Counted from the first letter of the stretch, positions 13,943-28,345 are shown. The stretch is DNA of 64,000 nt from Syncephalis fuscata S228 (GCA_025786725.1 JAHLTZ010000059.1:12975-76974), one strand, 5' to 3'. The notes: generated from the sequence alone by a model not told the origin. A program made the numbers and translations.

Positions 13943-16900
13943 ATGGTGCAATCACATACAGTCAAGCATTCAGGGGTGGCCACTACCAACGGCATTTACA
14001 TAGATGACAGTAGCACAACGGACAGCGATCATGGCAAGGCGGTACGCATTCTCGAAACACCTCCGCGTCGTCGTCAACAGCAAACAAAGCTTTTTCAGTG
14101 GATCAAATCGCCTAGTATCGATAGCAATAGCGAGCATCACCATCGAAGTACTACAGATATAAAGTCACCCACGCCAACAAAGCGAACGATTCTCGGCCAA
14201 CATACTAATCTATCAAATTATTGTAAATTGACTGGTGACCATTCGGAGTTGGTGTCTGATGACATATCAGATCATACAAAAGAGCCAATAACACTATCAT
14301 CATCGATGTCACCATTATCAACTAATAAGAATGGCCATGGCAGTATAAAACAATCAACAAGCCATATTATGGATCCATTATCAATTAATGATGATCTATA
14401 TAGTGAGGAGCCCAGTGAACTATTACCACTTAATCCAGTTCGACGACGCGTAAAAAGAATTATTGATAGTCCTGAACCAGAATCATTTATAGCTAATGAT
14501 GATGGAATTGAAGAGAAAGAAGAAGAAGAAGAAGAAGGAGAAGAAGAAGAGATATTGCAACAATCGTATAAAAATAACGAGAATCTATTAAATAGAAAGC
14601 GGTCATCTATCGAATCAGAACCAATGGATGTAGACCAGGATCCGTTAATGATATTCAACGATGATATACAAACAGCAAATAGAAAGCGGCGACTTGTTAC
14701 TAGAGCAGATTCAATTAAACCAATTGAAATGGATATTCAAGCACCATTAGTAGACATAAATACGCCAACTATTGATTTAACAGCTATGGTGAAGACACAC
14801 CGTTGGATACCATTGATATTGATAGTGACGACACTGACGAGGATATGGACGAACAAAGTGAAAGCACAGTAGAGTTCTTTAGTAATGCATCACAACAAGA
14901 ATTACAAGATGCATTGCGTATTAGTGATAAACAAGCAGTGACCATTATTGAACAGCGTCCATTTACCGATATCGATCATCTATATACACTGTTAGGCAAG
15001 GCACGTGGTGTATCAGCACAGCTTATTAACCGTTATGAAGAAATGATAGAAGGATATGAAGCAGTTGATAAGTTGATTAAACATTGCCAGAATGAATCTA
15101 AACGCGTAGTGCCACCCACCATATCTGAAGAAATGTTTGCCATTATGACAGAGGCACAACAACCCACTGGATTAGCACCGGATTTAAATTAAAAGGCTAT
15201 CAAGTAGCCGGTGTTCAATGGCTGACTTCACTCTATAGCAATCAATTAAAGGCGGCATATTAGCTGATGAAGTAAGTATCAATTGCTATTATAGATGTTA
15301 GTATTAATATAATGTCTATATGTATTCGATTAGATGGGATTGGGCAAGACGGCACAAGTCATTGCATTTCTATCCGAGTTACGGCATAGTTTAAACGAAG
15401 AAGGACCTCATTTAATTATTGTTCCATCATCAACACTTGGTTAGTTAGTTTATTAATGAATTACCATAATTAATAGTAATTATTACTGTTGTTATTATTA
15501 TTATAGATAATTGGTTAAGAGAATTCGAAAAGTTTTGTCCAAGTTTACGGGTCATTTCATATTATGGTAAGTAATTAAATATTGTATTGTATTGTATTGT
15601 ATTGTATTTATTATATTTATTTGAATATAGGCAGTCAAACAGAGCGTAGGGAATTAAGAGAAGATATTCTTAGTTTACGTCATACAGATACAGACTATCA
15701 TGCCGTTATTTCAACGTAAGTATTTCATTGTTGTAGCTTATAATGGCGTTAATCCTATTGGGATGAATAGATACTCTGTTGCCACTTCGGATAAACATGA
15801 TAGGATATTTATGCGTAAAATGCATTTCAAGGTAAGCATGGCTAGAATATTGATTAGTATTGACTGTAACATCAATAGACTATGATACTTGATGAAGGGC
15901 ATATGGTGAAGAACTTTACCAGCGATCGATATGTTAAGCTTATGAGTATCAATGTTTCATTTCGTCTTTTACTCACTGGAACACCATTGCAAAATAATCT
16001 ACAAGAACTGTTGTCGCTATTAACCTTTGTGATGCCACTTAATAAAGAACATGATGTGGCAACAATGCGTTGTGTATTTCGGCCTGTATCAGTGGCCGAG
16101 ATTGACGGACAAGGTAATAGAAGAGCGGCTAAATTTGCTCTATTGTCGGTCAACGTATGAATCGGGCCAAGAGTATGTTGGATCCATTTATCCTACGACG
16201 TCGTAAGGCTCAAGTAAGTTGTTAGCTATTTAAAAATATTTACTAATAACTAGACTAGGTATTAAAAGACTTGCCCAAAAAGATCCGTTATCAGATTACA
16301 TGTTCAATGACGCCATTTCAACGACGGGTCTATGCACAAATTGATAAAAGATCGCGTGATCAATGCCAACAAGAAACGGAGAATCAATCGGCTCAATCCA
16401 GTGCAGTCATTCAATTACGTAAAGCATCGTGTCATCCACTTCTATTCCGCACCCTTTATACCGATAAAATGTTACATAAAATGGCCACTAATTTATTAAA
16501 GGTAAATAGCCAGTAGTGGATGTCTATAGGATAGATACTGAATGAAGCAATAGGAACCGGATTACTACGACTCAGAACATCAATATCTAGTAGAGGATAT
16601 GCAAGTAATGAGTGATAGTGAATTACATAATTTATGTAAAAAGTTTAAAGTAAGTAGTTAGTAATGTAGTATTAATAACTAATGTACTGTTATAGCATAT
16701 TAATTCATATCGATTAAAGAATAACGAATGGATGGATGCCGGTAAAGTAAAGGAGCTGTGTGATATTATTGATAAAGCAAAAGAAAAGGTAATTAGTATA
16801 GATACAATATGTATGTATGTATATATTATTTAAACTGTCTATTAGAATGATCGTGTTTTAGTATTTAGCCAATTCACTATGGTACTTGATGTTTTAGAAT

Positions 16901-17588
16901 TAGTAATGGAAACAAGAAATGAAAACTATCTACGTCTTGATGGCAATACTAAAGTGGATACAAGGTAAATAACATTCATATTAACATAATGATTAATTGT
17001 TAATATTATTTAGACAAGATATGCTTGATACATTTGCCACAGATACATCTATTTCTGTATTTCTACTATCTACAAAGGCAGGTGGATTTGGTCTTAATAT
17101 TACTGCGGCCAATGTAGTCATACTCTATGATCCCGACTTTAATCCACATAATGACCGACAAGCTGAAGATCGGGCTCATCGAGTGGGTCAAACCAAAGAT
17201 GTTACTATTTATAAACTTATCAGTCAAGGATCCATTGAGGTAACTAGCCTCGTCTATCCATTAATTATTTAACATTTATTTATTTATTATTTATTGCTAT
17301 TTAGGAATATATGATTCAATGTGCTAAATTAAAATTAAAACTTGATAAAAGTTTACGTGGTCGATCAGGATCTGCAGTATCTGGCGATAAAGCAGTATCC
17401 GATAATAGTGGTAATTAGTAATTCTATTTAACTATTTACTATATACTAACTAATTGACACTCATTGTATTAATTATAGATGATAGCGATAGTGATGCAGA
17501 TGACGATAATCAACGCAAGATTAATGATGCACTACGAATGACTACACTACGACAAGCATGGCTAGCATCTCAATTGATAGAAGAATGA
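13943..17588 (+). CDS. SNF2-family chromatin-remodelling ATPase, Fun30/SMARCAD1-like
   Basis: [119 protein letters not shown]. Several one-base deletions. Confidence 0.92.
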
Positions 17589-17667
17589 TGGAATTATACG
17601 AATACTACAATGAATTCTATTTAAAATAAACCTATTTATTTTATGGTATGCAATCAATCTTATCCTA

Positions 17668-20501
17668 TTAATCCTGTGGCTGTTTCCCTTCAGCTTTATC
17701 CATTTGCATTAACTGACGAGCCAGTGTAATAGCCCGTTGAAATTCACGTCTTGATTTCCCCTCTTCATTTGTATCAGTATTAGCTTGTTCATCTTCATCG
17801 CCTAGTTCTTTAGCATAGTCTACAGTATATATTATTAATGAATAATTAATTACTAGTTAAATGATCAATACTTGCCTAATAAATCTCGACTAACATCTTC
17901 GAGTGTTGTGCTATTACGTCGTAATAACATACGAATATGATTTAATAGCTATATTGGATGGTTTAATTCTGTTAGATGGTCATACTACACACACACACAC
18001 ACACACACTATAATATAGCTATATTTACCTTGTTATCCATAAGTGCTAGTTGAGCAATAACTAGATCGGCCATCTGTACAGTAAATAATCCTGCATCGAG
18101 TCGACGTAAATAAATGAAATCTGGATTAAGTTCTGAATCATCGTCATCACTATCACCATTTGATTCATGTTTGGCCATTTGCTCATACTATTGAATTAAT
18201 AAATATAGATCAGTACACTGGGTGATGTACTTATGGTATGGGACCTACAGTGCGTTTACGTTGTCGTTTCTGCTGTTCAGCAATAATGCTATCAACTGCT
18301 GTCACTTTAGATTGCCAATGACTACGTAATTCAATTAAGCGATTTACTTTTTCCATATTGTCATCAATGAATTTAAATAACATTCGATCACGGGCTGATA
18401 ATGTATTACTAGATTCAGAGGATAGTGGTGATGGATTATCCGTCTTTGTTGTAATAGTGGGCAGTGAACGGAATAGTGCAGCAAATATAGCCATAATATG
18501 TTCTAATAATAACCATTCTTATTATTAATCTAATGAGAGTAATGGTAATAGTGTGACATACCTTCATCTTCAGATTCAGAAAATGATTTATATACTTTTT
18601 TAATCTTCTTATTGCCCTATTACAATAATAAAATAATTATAGTGAGTAATCCTACATCTATCTATCTATCTATCTATCTATCTATATTCTATATGTTATA
18701 TACCTTTTGCATAAATGCAGAGAATAATGGACCAAGTCCACGGGCATCAACTAATCTTTGAGCACAGGCTGTAGATGCCATATCATGTCCACCAACTGCG
18801 TGACTAATTACTTTAAGTGCTCGTAATCGAGCAAATTTCTTTTCTCTATTCATATCGATAGCCATACCACTAATAAATAAAGCGATGATTATAATTATTC
18901 TAATACTTACTTTAAAAGAATAAGCATTAGTTCAATACCTTCTGATTTAAAGAATGCTTCACGTCCCTCTGGTTCCAATAGTACTGAACACAGTATATTA
19001 AATAGGTTTTCTACATGTTCCTCTACTTCAATATCCTCTGGATCACGTCGTTTATATATCTATTCATCATCACAAATATTAAATATAACTAGACTAATTA
19101 ACTGATTAACTTACTGCTAGTCCACGCAATAATACATCCATGCCACCCTTTGTGACCAATAATACACGATTGGCTATATTAAATATTAATAATATGCTAA
19201 TATTGCACATCCGCTATAGTATCTACCTTGTTGTTCTTGTACAAAGATGGCCAATAGTTCACTGGCATAGTTTCTATTAGAATCAGATTCACGTTGTCCA
19301 ATACGTGACAATAGCCACTCCAGTAATGCTGTACTATTTAGAATAGTGCGGGCATGTTGTTGATCAACAGAAATCATATTTTCAAATACACCTATTATAA
19401 TATTAATATACACGTAAAAGTATATAACTATAATTACCTAATGTATAAAATATGCCTTGACGGTCAGCTGAATTGGATTCATCAAGTCGTTTTAAATTAT
19501 GTACAAGCATTTCTGGGGCCTGTTCTTCAATCTATTATGGTTATTGTGGTTATTATCTTAGTACTATTGCTAATACTATAACTATAATATAACTTACCAA
19601 TGCTTCAACAAACTTTTGTATGGCTTCTTCATTCTCTTCCGTCACCAGTTCTTCATCTAGTAACTCGTTTAACAATTCAACTACATCGATAGAAATATCT
19701 GTATTATCATGTCCTAACAAGCCTAGAATCGATGGTATCGAATTCTGTTTAATAAGTTCAGGATACAAATGAGGTGCCTGTGATAATGCCAATAAATGTT
19801 TAATTGACTCGTCAAGGTCAGCTTCAGAGTCTCCAAATCTGTCATTCAGTGTTAATAGACTGATTAGTTATTATAGTTATTTATATTGCTATTACTTACT
19901 TGACTGGATTATTGGGATATTTAAGTCGCATCATTTGATTCTTATTAATTGAATCTTCCAACTTTAACAACATTCTACGTACACCTTGTACATCAAGACG
20001 TTCAATCTATACAATATATAATATACAATATATGTTATAGAGCATCAATACAAGTAGGTTGTTAATTCATTAACTTAATAGTTAATCTATTTCTAACCAT
20101 ACTTACCTTGATATCTTCGGCTGCATCGACTAAAGATAACAGCTCAGCATAATCTTCATCAACACCTGCTTCATAGAATCGACCGTCTTCTTCCTCTTCT
20201 TCTTCTGTAGTGCCATTGCGATGCGATAATTGACTTTCCGGTAACTCATCTTCAATTAATACGCGATCATGAAATGAGACCTCTTTTTTACTTTGTCGTT
20301 GGGTTACGTGTGTCGCGTCATTCTCTGGTGTTGTAGACAATTTACGCTTTAGAGTGGTCTTCGTCGGACTCTATTATTATAGATATAGATATAGATATAT
20401 AGATATAATGATAAGATATAATATCATGGTGGTGCATTCCTCGTATAAGCTATCTCTATAGTCTCTAGTTTACCCACCTTAAATATAGAATCAATATCCA
20501 T
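17668..20501 (-). CDS. CTNNBL1: Beta-catenin-like protein 1 (Prp19-complex spliceosomal ARM protein)
   Basis: MDIDSIFK, INKNQMMRLKYPNNPVKFGDSEADLDESIK, LLGHDNTDISIDVVELL, NRNYASELLAI, EGIELMLIL, DRMLFKFIDDNMEKVNRLIELR, YLRRLDAGLFTVQMADL. Confidence 0.9.
17987..18008. repeat. (AC)n microsatellite in a CTNNBL1 intron
   Basis: Tandem AC run. Confidence 0.85.
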
Positions 20502-21144
20502 GTTTACACGATACAACAGTTAGAACGCGGCGCCTATTATGTATATTTATGTATATGACACTGAATACAACACGATGTAACAGTACCGTGATAGTCAACA
20601 GTTGGTTAACAATAATCAATAGTAAAATGATGAGGTGTGCGCTATTATAACACTTTATTTTCATAAACATGGAGTAATACGTAGTTTATTAAAAACTCTA
20701 TAAATAATTTAACATTTATTATTATTATTATATCATTTAACTATTGAACTATAAGTAAATAGAATGTAGATAAAATTCAGTTTATAGTTACATGGATTAC
20801 TGTAAAAGTAATAAAATGATATCGACATAAACAAATGATGAATAAATATACAATAGCATAATTTTTTACTACCACTATACTTGTATCTATATTGGTGAAT
20901 TTATATACTATCGTTTGATTCTGAATAGATTTATTATTTAATTATCTAATTATTTGGTTTTTGTAAAATATTTTAATAACCACAATAGACGTATAATTAA
21001 ACATTTGATAGCCATTTTGTTATTCAATATAGGGGTTCTTAGTGTAAACTTGGTTTTATTTGTTTTACTAAACAGTAACGTAGTAAAACATCACCATAGG
21101 GAGAGACGATGCCATATAACGTGCAGTTGAAAAAGAAAAGCTAT

Positions 21145-21738
21145 TTACTCTTCAACCACTTGAGTCTGGAGACCTGTCATATTACCATTCATTAGCCATT
21201 ATATCAACTATTCGAGCGGCTATCCCGTCGTATGATAGCCCTACTATTAATACTTACCCTTGAAGTTGGTCACTGGGACAAAAGTCACGAAGGTGAAAAG
21301 CTTGTCGGCAGCCTCCTCATCGTCACTGCGACGGCGAGCCAAGCGCAGACGAATGCGGTGTGGCACGTTACGGACACCACGGCCCCAGACTTGCTCGTTC
21401 AAGCTTGGGTCGATGCGGACATCCTTGGTGCCCATATGCTTGGTGGCGAAAGCCTTAATAGCCTTGATGGCAGATGGAGCACGTTCCTTGAAACCACTAT
21501 CATTGATATAAAATAATTAATGTGTTGTATATAAATGTATAAATGTGTATAAAGATATACAGTATGGTAAGTTTAACACATCCATGACACAGCGTGTCGT
21601 TCCAAGTCTATCACGCGCCAATAACGCATCATTGTCTATAACTTACCGGCCGTGAATGTGACGGTGGAGATGGAGGGTGTATTCGCGAGTCACCACTTCG
21701 GCGATCGTGGACCGCTTGGTCTGGTTGTCCTTGGCCAT
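21145..21738 (-). CDS. RPL31: 60S ribosomal protein L31 (eL31)
   Basis: EVVTREYTLHLHRHIHG, FKERAPSAIKAIKAFATKHMGTKDVRIDPSLNEQVWGRGVRNVPHRIRLRLARRR, FKGLQTQVVEE*. Two coding introns. Confidence 0.97.
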
Positions 21739-21740
21739 TG

Positions 21741-22233
21741 CTATGACAAACAAACAAACAAATATATACGTTAGTATCAATAGCAAATATGACTATGACT
21801 AGTATTATGCGGCTATGGACTATAGTCAATTTTGTAGAATAGATTGCTAGTGAATCTACAGCACGTACACTCTATACATTCCAAATAGTAATATACTGCA
21901 CTGTTCATGTATACCGTCTAGCTATTACCACTACCCGTAACATTGTAACAGTGTCAAGTAATAGTAGTAAATAGCTAGACGCAACAATAACCACCACTAG
22001 TATACTATATACTATTTTAGTATTGCTATATTCGCCAATGTTTTTGTCTATTCATCTAACATGCTGTATATCATCCATCCATCTTTCTATTTATCTATCC
22101 ATCCATCCATCCATCCATTCTTATGAATTGAATCGCTATAATGACCAATATTGAACTATATTGTCATGAATACTCACCTCCAATAGATAGAACGCGTCGA
22201 CGGTTCTGGTTGAACTGGAAAGGATGGAAGAGG
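21741..22233 (-). promoter_or_regulatory. RPL31 putative non-coding first exon starting at a pyrimidine tract, plus a 437-nt 5'UTR intron
   Basis: CCTCTTCCATCCTTTCC at 22233..22217, GTGAGT donor at 22177, and TAG acceptor at 21741 two bases before the ATG. Confidence 0.6.
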
Positions 22234-22579
22234 CCGTTCCTTGTGGCGGATGATGGCCCACCCACTGCGGATCACTCTCCCCCACTCGGAAATTGGTTTG
22301 ATCTCAGTCTATATTTATGACTCGTTTCAGTTTAATTTCAATAAATGGCAATGCATCGTTGATAATCCATCTATGTTAGTAATCTTCTTTGCCATTGGCT
22401 TAGATCAAACGCAGTAGCTATGTTAGTTATTTAAACAAATAAAGCATATCTTTCTCCCTCTATCTGTGTGAGTTATTGTCTATCTTTCTTCTTAGCAATT
22501 GCTACAAGCTTGACTTTAGCAGTAGTATTTGTAGTAAGAGTGCAAAATTGCAATAGTTGGTTTGTAGTTTTAATACAGT

Positions 22580-24014
22580 ATGAATACCAAACACGCTGTA
22601 TCCATGTCGTCGCCAGAAGAAAATACGCCAGTACTTCGTGACCGTTTACGCGGTTTTGCAGCTGGTATTGCATCCGGTGTAAGCAAATTGGTTATTGGCC
22701 ACCCTTTTGGTAAGTGGAACTATGTCGATGCATCTTATTGGTAATAATAAAGAAGTGTATTTATTGTACAGATACGTTAAAGGTACGCCTACAAACTGAA
22801 GGAGGGGCTGGCCGATTTAACGGTTTAACCGACTGTTTACTATCAACAATACGCAAGGTCAGTATTATGTATGTTATGTTATTTATACGCCAATGTTGAT
22901 GAATGGGGAACTGTAGGAGGGCATATTTGCATTGTACAAGGGTAGGTGTGCAATATTAACAACACCTTTAATCTAACTAGTTGCACATTATAGGTGCTAC
23001 TCCGCCATTAATCGGATGGATGTTTATGGACTCTATTATGTATGTAAACATGGATCGACAATAGCTAGTTTCTATTGATGGTTTTAAATAGGTTGGGCTC
23101 ATTGTCAAATTACCGACTACTATTGCAAAAAGGAGATAAAACAAAGCCGTTGTCGATTAAGCAACACGCCATTGCAGGTTGTGGTATGTTGTTATTGATC
23201 CACCCATTCAGAGTATTGGCTGAATGAGCTATTTAGGCGCTGGATGGACTGTTTCTTTAGTGGCTACACCAGTAGAGCATATTAAGGCGCGTCTACAAGT
23301 GCAGTATGGCGACAAAGCCACACGTACCTATACTGGACCTATTGATTGTGCCCGTAAATTGGTAGGCTATTAGCTATTAGTTGTATTTATAGCATTAATT
23401 GAGTATTAGATTCACAATAATGGCATATTTGGTTTGTGGAAAGGATTAGGATTGACACTAGCGTTTCGTAGTTTCTTTGGTGCATTCTGGGGTAGTTACG
23501 AGGTAAGTAAGACGGTAATAAGTAATGCAAATTGTTGAATACAGTATTTCATTGTAGATTTATTCAAGAAAGTTGCGCAGTTTAGGTTATGATAAAAACA
23601 CCGTTAGCTTTATTGCTGGTGGACTGGCCGCCAATACTTATTGGACATTGGCATTTCCAGTTGGTGAGTATTTATTTATGTTATGCGTTGATTATTTATC
23701 CACATTTAACGCAATAGATGTTGTTAAGAACCGATGGATGACGCAACCTGACGTAAAACCACCGCGCTATCCCAATGTAATGGCTGTATAAATGATGTGT
23801 ATCGAGTAGGCAAGTAAAATACACTTTTAAAAATAGACAAACTGACTAGTAACTACCAAAGAGGGGCTTCGTGGTTTTTATAGAGGTAAGTAAGTGGAGT
23901 TTTGTTACAATTAGCTTATTATGGCTATTAGGATTTTTGCCAGCATTCTTACGTTCATTCCCTACCAATGCGTGTGCAGTAACTGTGTTTGAAGCATGTA
24001 TGAGATATCTGTAA
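22580..24014 (+). CDS. Mitochondrial carrier family (SLC25) protein
   Basis: Three PX[DE]XX[KR]X[RK] signatures: HPFDTLKVRLQ, TPVEHIKARLQ, FPVDVVKNRWM. Also LYKGATPPL and RSFPTNA. Multi-exon. Confidence 0.93.
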
Positions 24015-24042
24015 TTTACTATATAAAATAAAATATTTATTT

Positions 24043-24188
24043 TTTATTAATAACCATAGTGTGTTTGGTGCAAATGACTACATTTAATAACGTTCAATTT
24101 ATTGAACATGATGATGAGTGGCGAGTGACATCAATCATCAAAATACTCATCATCTATTAGATTAGTCATTGGTTACTGAATCACAATA
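24043..24188 (+). mobile_element. Short MITE-like repeat (family A, mini form)
   Basis: Diverged reverse complement of 31681..31830. Shares the CAAATGAyTACATTTAATA...GAGTGACATyAATCATCAAA(A)TACTCATCAT core with the arms of the 54/60-kb elements. Confidence 0.65.
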
Positions 24189-24321
24189 TTACTAAAAAGT
24201 TATTGTCAGCTTAAAATGTTTAGTTTAATATGTTCGATATTCAGGTCGCCATGTTATTTTTATTTAGTCCAAAGGCCCGTTGGGTTTCAAGCAACTTATT
24301 CGTTTTTTGATTTATTTCATT

Positions 24322-25877
24322 ATGTCGATTTAGAATAATAACGCATTGCCAAAGATATGACAAATTGTTGAAGTAGTTCATCATATATCGCTGTTGAGTA
24401 AAATAGCTGTCTCTATTGCTTTGTTACGTACTTGTAAAACATTGTATAATTCTATCATAAAATGCGATAGTCTATGGTACCAATTATACCAGCTTGATTT
24501 TCCCCGTGACATTGATACCGATATTGACTGGTCAGAGTGGCAATTAGAACAAGAGCAACAAGTACCAAGAACAGTAGCTAATGTGGATAATGAAATAACG
24601 CCAATAGTTACTTACTTTAGCTATACAGCCAGCGTATTGGCACGGGTTTAATTGGCAAAAAAAAAGCCAACATCAACAGTACATTTAAAATCATTTGTTA
24701 TAACTCAAATAATAAGTTTAGAAATTACTTGCTAGCAATTATTGCAAGTTATCCTGGCTGGTTTGCAATATCAACTGGCCGAGATTGGGATATTGATCTG
24801 ATTGAACTCTTGTCGACAAATACAGCCAAAAATATCCACTAGATTGGATAAAACCCATCTAAAAGCGATAAAAGCCATAAGGTTTTATCAATATCGACAG
24901 CAAGTAAATGGCAACGATAAAGACTTGCGTTTAATTCTACATTCAAAATACGCTGGAAACACTCCAGAGGTACTTCAAGTATGAACACAAATCATCGCCA
25001 ACTGCTACAGTCTATCAATCTCAATGGCGATTGGGATGGTAGAATTATAAATGCGTCCATGTTATTTTCCAATACCAAAGCGATGGCATCACTAAGCTGT
25101 TCTATAGGAATCTTTCAAAATTGCAAGTAGATGAGCCTCAGCGCATTAATGTATTGAACATTGGCCAATATAATAGGTTTAAAATACATACGGTAAACAA
25201 TAACGAAATAGTCCTCCTGCAATGCGTTGTTTTGGGAATGGCAAGCTTGTATAAGATAATACGCGTTCTATAGACTCCTGATGCCAATTTGTTGATGACC
25301 GATTACGATACACCGAAAATAACTGAAATTGCATCAGAACGTTTGAATTTGCCCAACGACGCATCCACGCAGCAATTAGAAGCCTATTTGATTGACGGTG
25401 ATCGTGTATTGTTTTTCTGCTGCTTTTGCCAACATAAAAGTGCTTTGAATGACAGTGTAAAAAGTTGGCAGCGTTACATCAGAGTAGTTTTCTTAAGCAA
25501 ACGAACTATTTTTGAATGTTTTTATCCATCAAATAGTTATGAAAGCGTGCTTTTAATTCCTGCACATAGTTTGGTCGCATTTTACACGACATGCAGTCTG
25601 CCACTAGTTATCATTTCATTATTAGATGGAAAGATCCAGCGTAGCATTGATATAAGCACCCTATGTGATACATTTTGTCAATTTCAGAACCTCATTGATA
25701 CAAAAATTATTGGCTATAGTTATACCACTAATCAATGTTGCATTATTGATATTGTAACAGGGAATGTAAACGTTTATCCATTTCCAATATCAAGGTGTAT
25801 TATTTTAGACTTGCATTCGGGCACATGCTATTGACGAATAAGAAAACAACACTTATTACAAGCTTTGCACCTGAATC
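24322..25877 (+). pseudogene. F-box-like protein pseudogene
   Basis: N-terminus LPKI*QIVEVVHHIS...IALLRTCKTLYNSIIKCDSLWYQLYQLDFP resembles an F-box plus following helix. In-frame stops TAG 24331, TGA 24358 and TGA 24982 (TGG in the other copy), plus frameshifts. Confidence 0.65.
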
Positions 25878-26295
25878 TAATTCATAACAAAAACTTAAAT
25901 ATAATAAACATACCAATTTGCAATGTAATATAAAAGTGAAGTAATAGCGTACCAATTAAACAAATACCTTGTGTTTTGCAAATATTAACATATCATAACT
26001 AGTTACATTTGATATAATTACACTCACCAATTATTTAATAATAATAGCAATGGTTTATTTAGCTAATTATCTTATTTATTTATATTGCTGTTACTATATT
26101 AATAAATATGTGGACTGGTTTATAGGCTCTACATAATGCAGCGGTTTTTAGATAGTAGTTTACTTAAAATGCTATTTTTAATACTTTCCCATGCACACTT
26201 TGTCCAATACATTATTATTTATATTTATTAATACTAATAACTGATATGATTCGAGAATTAATGAGCAATTTTGTTATAAAAATAGCAACGACATG

Positions 26296-28345
26296 TTAAA
26301 TGGTTGGATATACGTCTTCGTTGTGATAATCATCAGCAAGATCGCCTCTCCAACTATGCAGTGAATGGCCAGTACCACTGTTAATAGAGTTGTTTATAAA
26401 CGATGACACTGATAATGATTGCAGTGTATTAATAGGTTCTGGCGCAATGACATTTACCGGAAGATTGGCTATTTCGTTTTGAAAAATGCTGGCTTGAGAG
26501 GGAGTTGAATTGATGAGACCGCCATAATGAGCCATTAATAAATGATCAGAATTAATTGAAAGCCTTAGCGTATCACGCACTCTGTCAGGCGAATCGCTTG
26601 CTGTGCTGTTGTTACATTGAACATAGTCATCGATGCTAAAAGTATCTTCACGTCGATCGGCACTACTTGTTTGCACTCTTACAGCTGCCTCAATGGCGGC
26701 TTTTTCCTCAGTCGACAGTATTTCATCTTGATCAGCTATTAAAGATGTATTGCTTGGTATGGGTGTATCGGCACGGCTATAGCGTATTGTTGCTGCTGTA
26801 CTGTTTGCAGTCTCAGCCATTTTTTCAACTGCATCAGCAAGTCCACGTAGCAGCAAATGATGCGAGTTCGACTCGCCACTTAAATTATGTGGACTGTTTG
26901 ACCGTAGACTAGAGATGGTATCACGTGGCGATGTACTGGATTTTGTCGACGTATTCTCGTCCTCCAGCTCAGCGCTAGGCTTCAGTGTAATTATGACATC
27001 ACTAATGCCCTCAGGACGACTTTCGAGGGTATTTGCGCGATTTACAATGATTGCCGTTGGTATCATTAGCGCATTGCCGTGCTGGGAGATACGCCAATCC
27101 ACCGATGATGCCGACATGCTTTTTGGTCGATTGTTGCTCGTGCACTCACCTGTGTTTTCGACCATCAAAGAGTGGCTGGTCCACTGCTTTCCATTACTGT
27201 TTGGCGCAGCCATTAGGGCCGATGTTCGCCGGCTTGTTTTGACATTTACTTCTATATCACTTAATGTATCCCATTCATTTAATCCGGCATTATAGCGAGA
27301 CTGTCGTGCGGTGTTTATAGTCATTTTGCTACTTGTATTTATGGAATTGTGTTGCGTCGACTGGCGAGCAATAGATGCTGCTTTTGCCGCCGAATTGATG
27401 TAAATACGCTTCATTATGACGAGTACAATTCCAGGCCACCAAAAAATATGAATAGGTATTTCCATAATTAAAGAAAGCCAGAATCGACTCATTACTTGAG
27501 TGTGAAAAAATCCCCAAGTAATACAGATTGATGTGCCACCAAAACAAACTAACCAATTGTAAAGAAAGGTGCGCTGTAGATGATGTACCGAGGCCATTTC
27601 TTGGCCATTGGCATTGGATGACTTGTGAAGTTTAGATTTTCTCGAATGATAATAAGCAAAGAAATGCAGTAGTAGCAAGCAACGGCGCCAAGTATTATTA
27701 AATTTATAGACCACATACTGTAGCCCCACTGTAGGCCCCAGTCAAACAATTCCCAGTCTCCAATGTCTGCGCCATGACCGCCTATATAGACGAATGGAGC
27801 CGTCAAGCAAGCACCCCAAAGCATAAGCACTGTAAAACAGCTGACAAATATCCAGCGTGACGGCACCCAAACTGTCAGCTGTGGACCATACATGTTTGGA
27901 TCATTATCACAAACTGAATTGCCAATCCCTCGAACAAACACTGGCGGAATAGCTTCAATAATACCGGCTAGAAACACGGTAACGCCCATAGACCAAACCA
28001 GTACGAAAAGTCATTGAAGAGTTCGCGTGTCGCAAATGTTGGTAGTGCATCGGTGAGTACCAGAATTGTTTGAATTAACCGGGTAACACATGCACCTAGA
28101 AAACAGCCTATCATTCCGTCGGCTGGCAGTCGAACTATCTTTCCTGATCCAGAGTCTGCCAGTAATGTTGGCCAAAGGTAATGCCAACGGTACCACAGTA
28201 AATAGCCACCAAATATAATTGGAACTGAATGTGCAACTAAACTGATATACATAATCCATCGATGAACCATTTCGTGTTCACACTCGTAGATAGAAAGCAT
28301 CCAGTAGCATTCTCTTCCAAATGGTGCGGAATCTGGAAACCTCAT
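26296..28345 (-). CDS. Seven-TM GPCR-like protein, C-x8-C family, paralogue R1
   Basis: CYWMLSIYEC, GGYLLWYRW, LPADG, TRLI, RELF, FLAGIIEAIPP, GADIGDW, IFWWP; long Ser-rich tail. Three ORFs join by restoring one G (~27986) and one A (~27638). Confidence 0.8.

Noticed and set aside
21499-21645. C/D-box snoRNA in the RPL31 coding intron
   Set aside because: Only an imperfect C box (ATGATGC) and no terminal CTGA D box.
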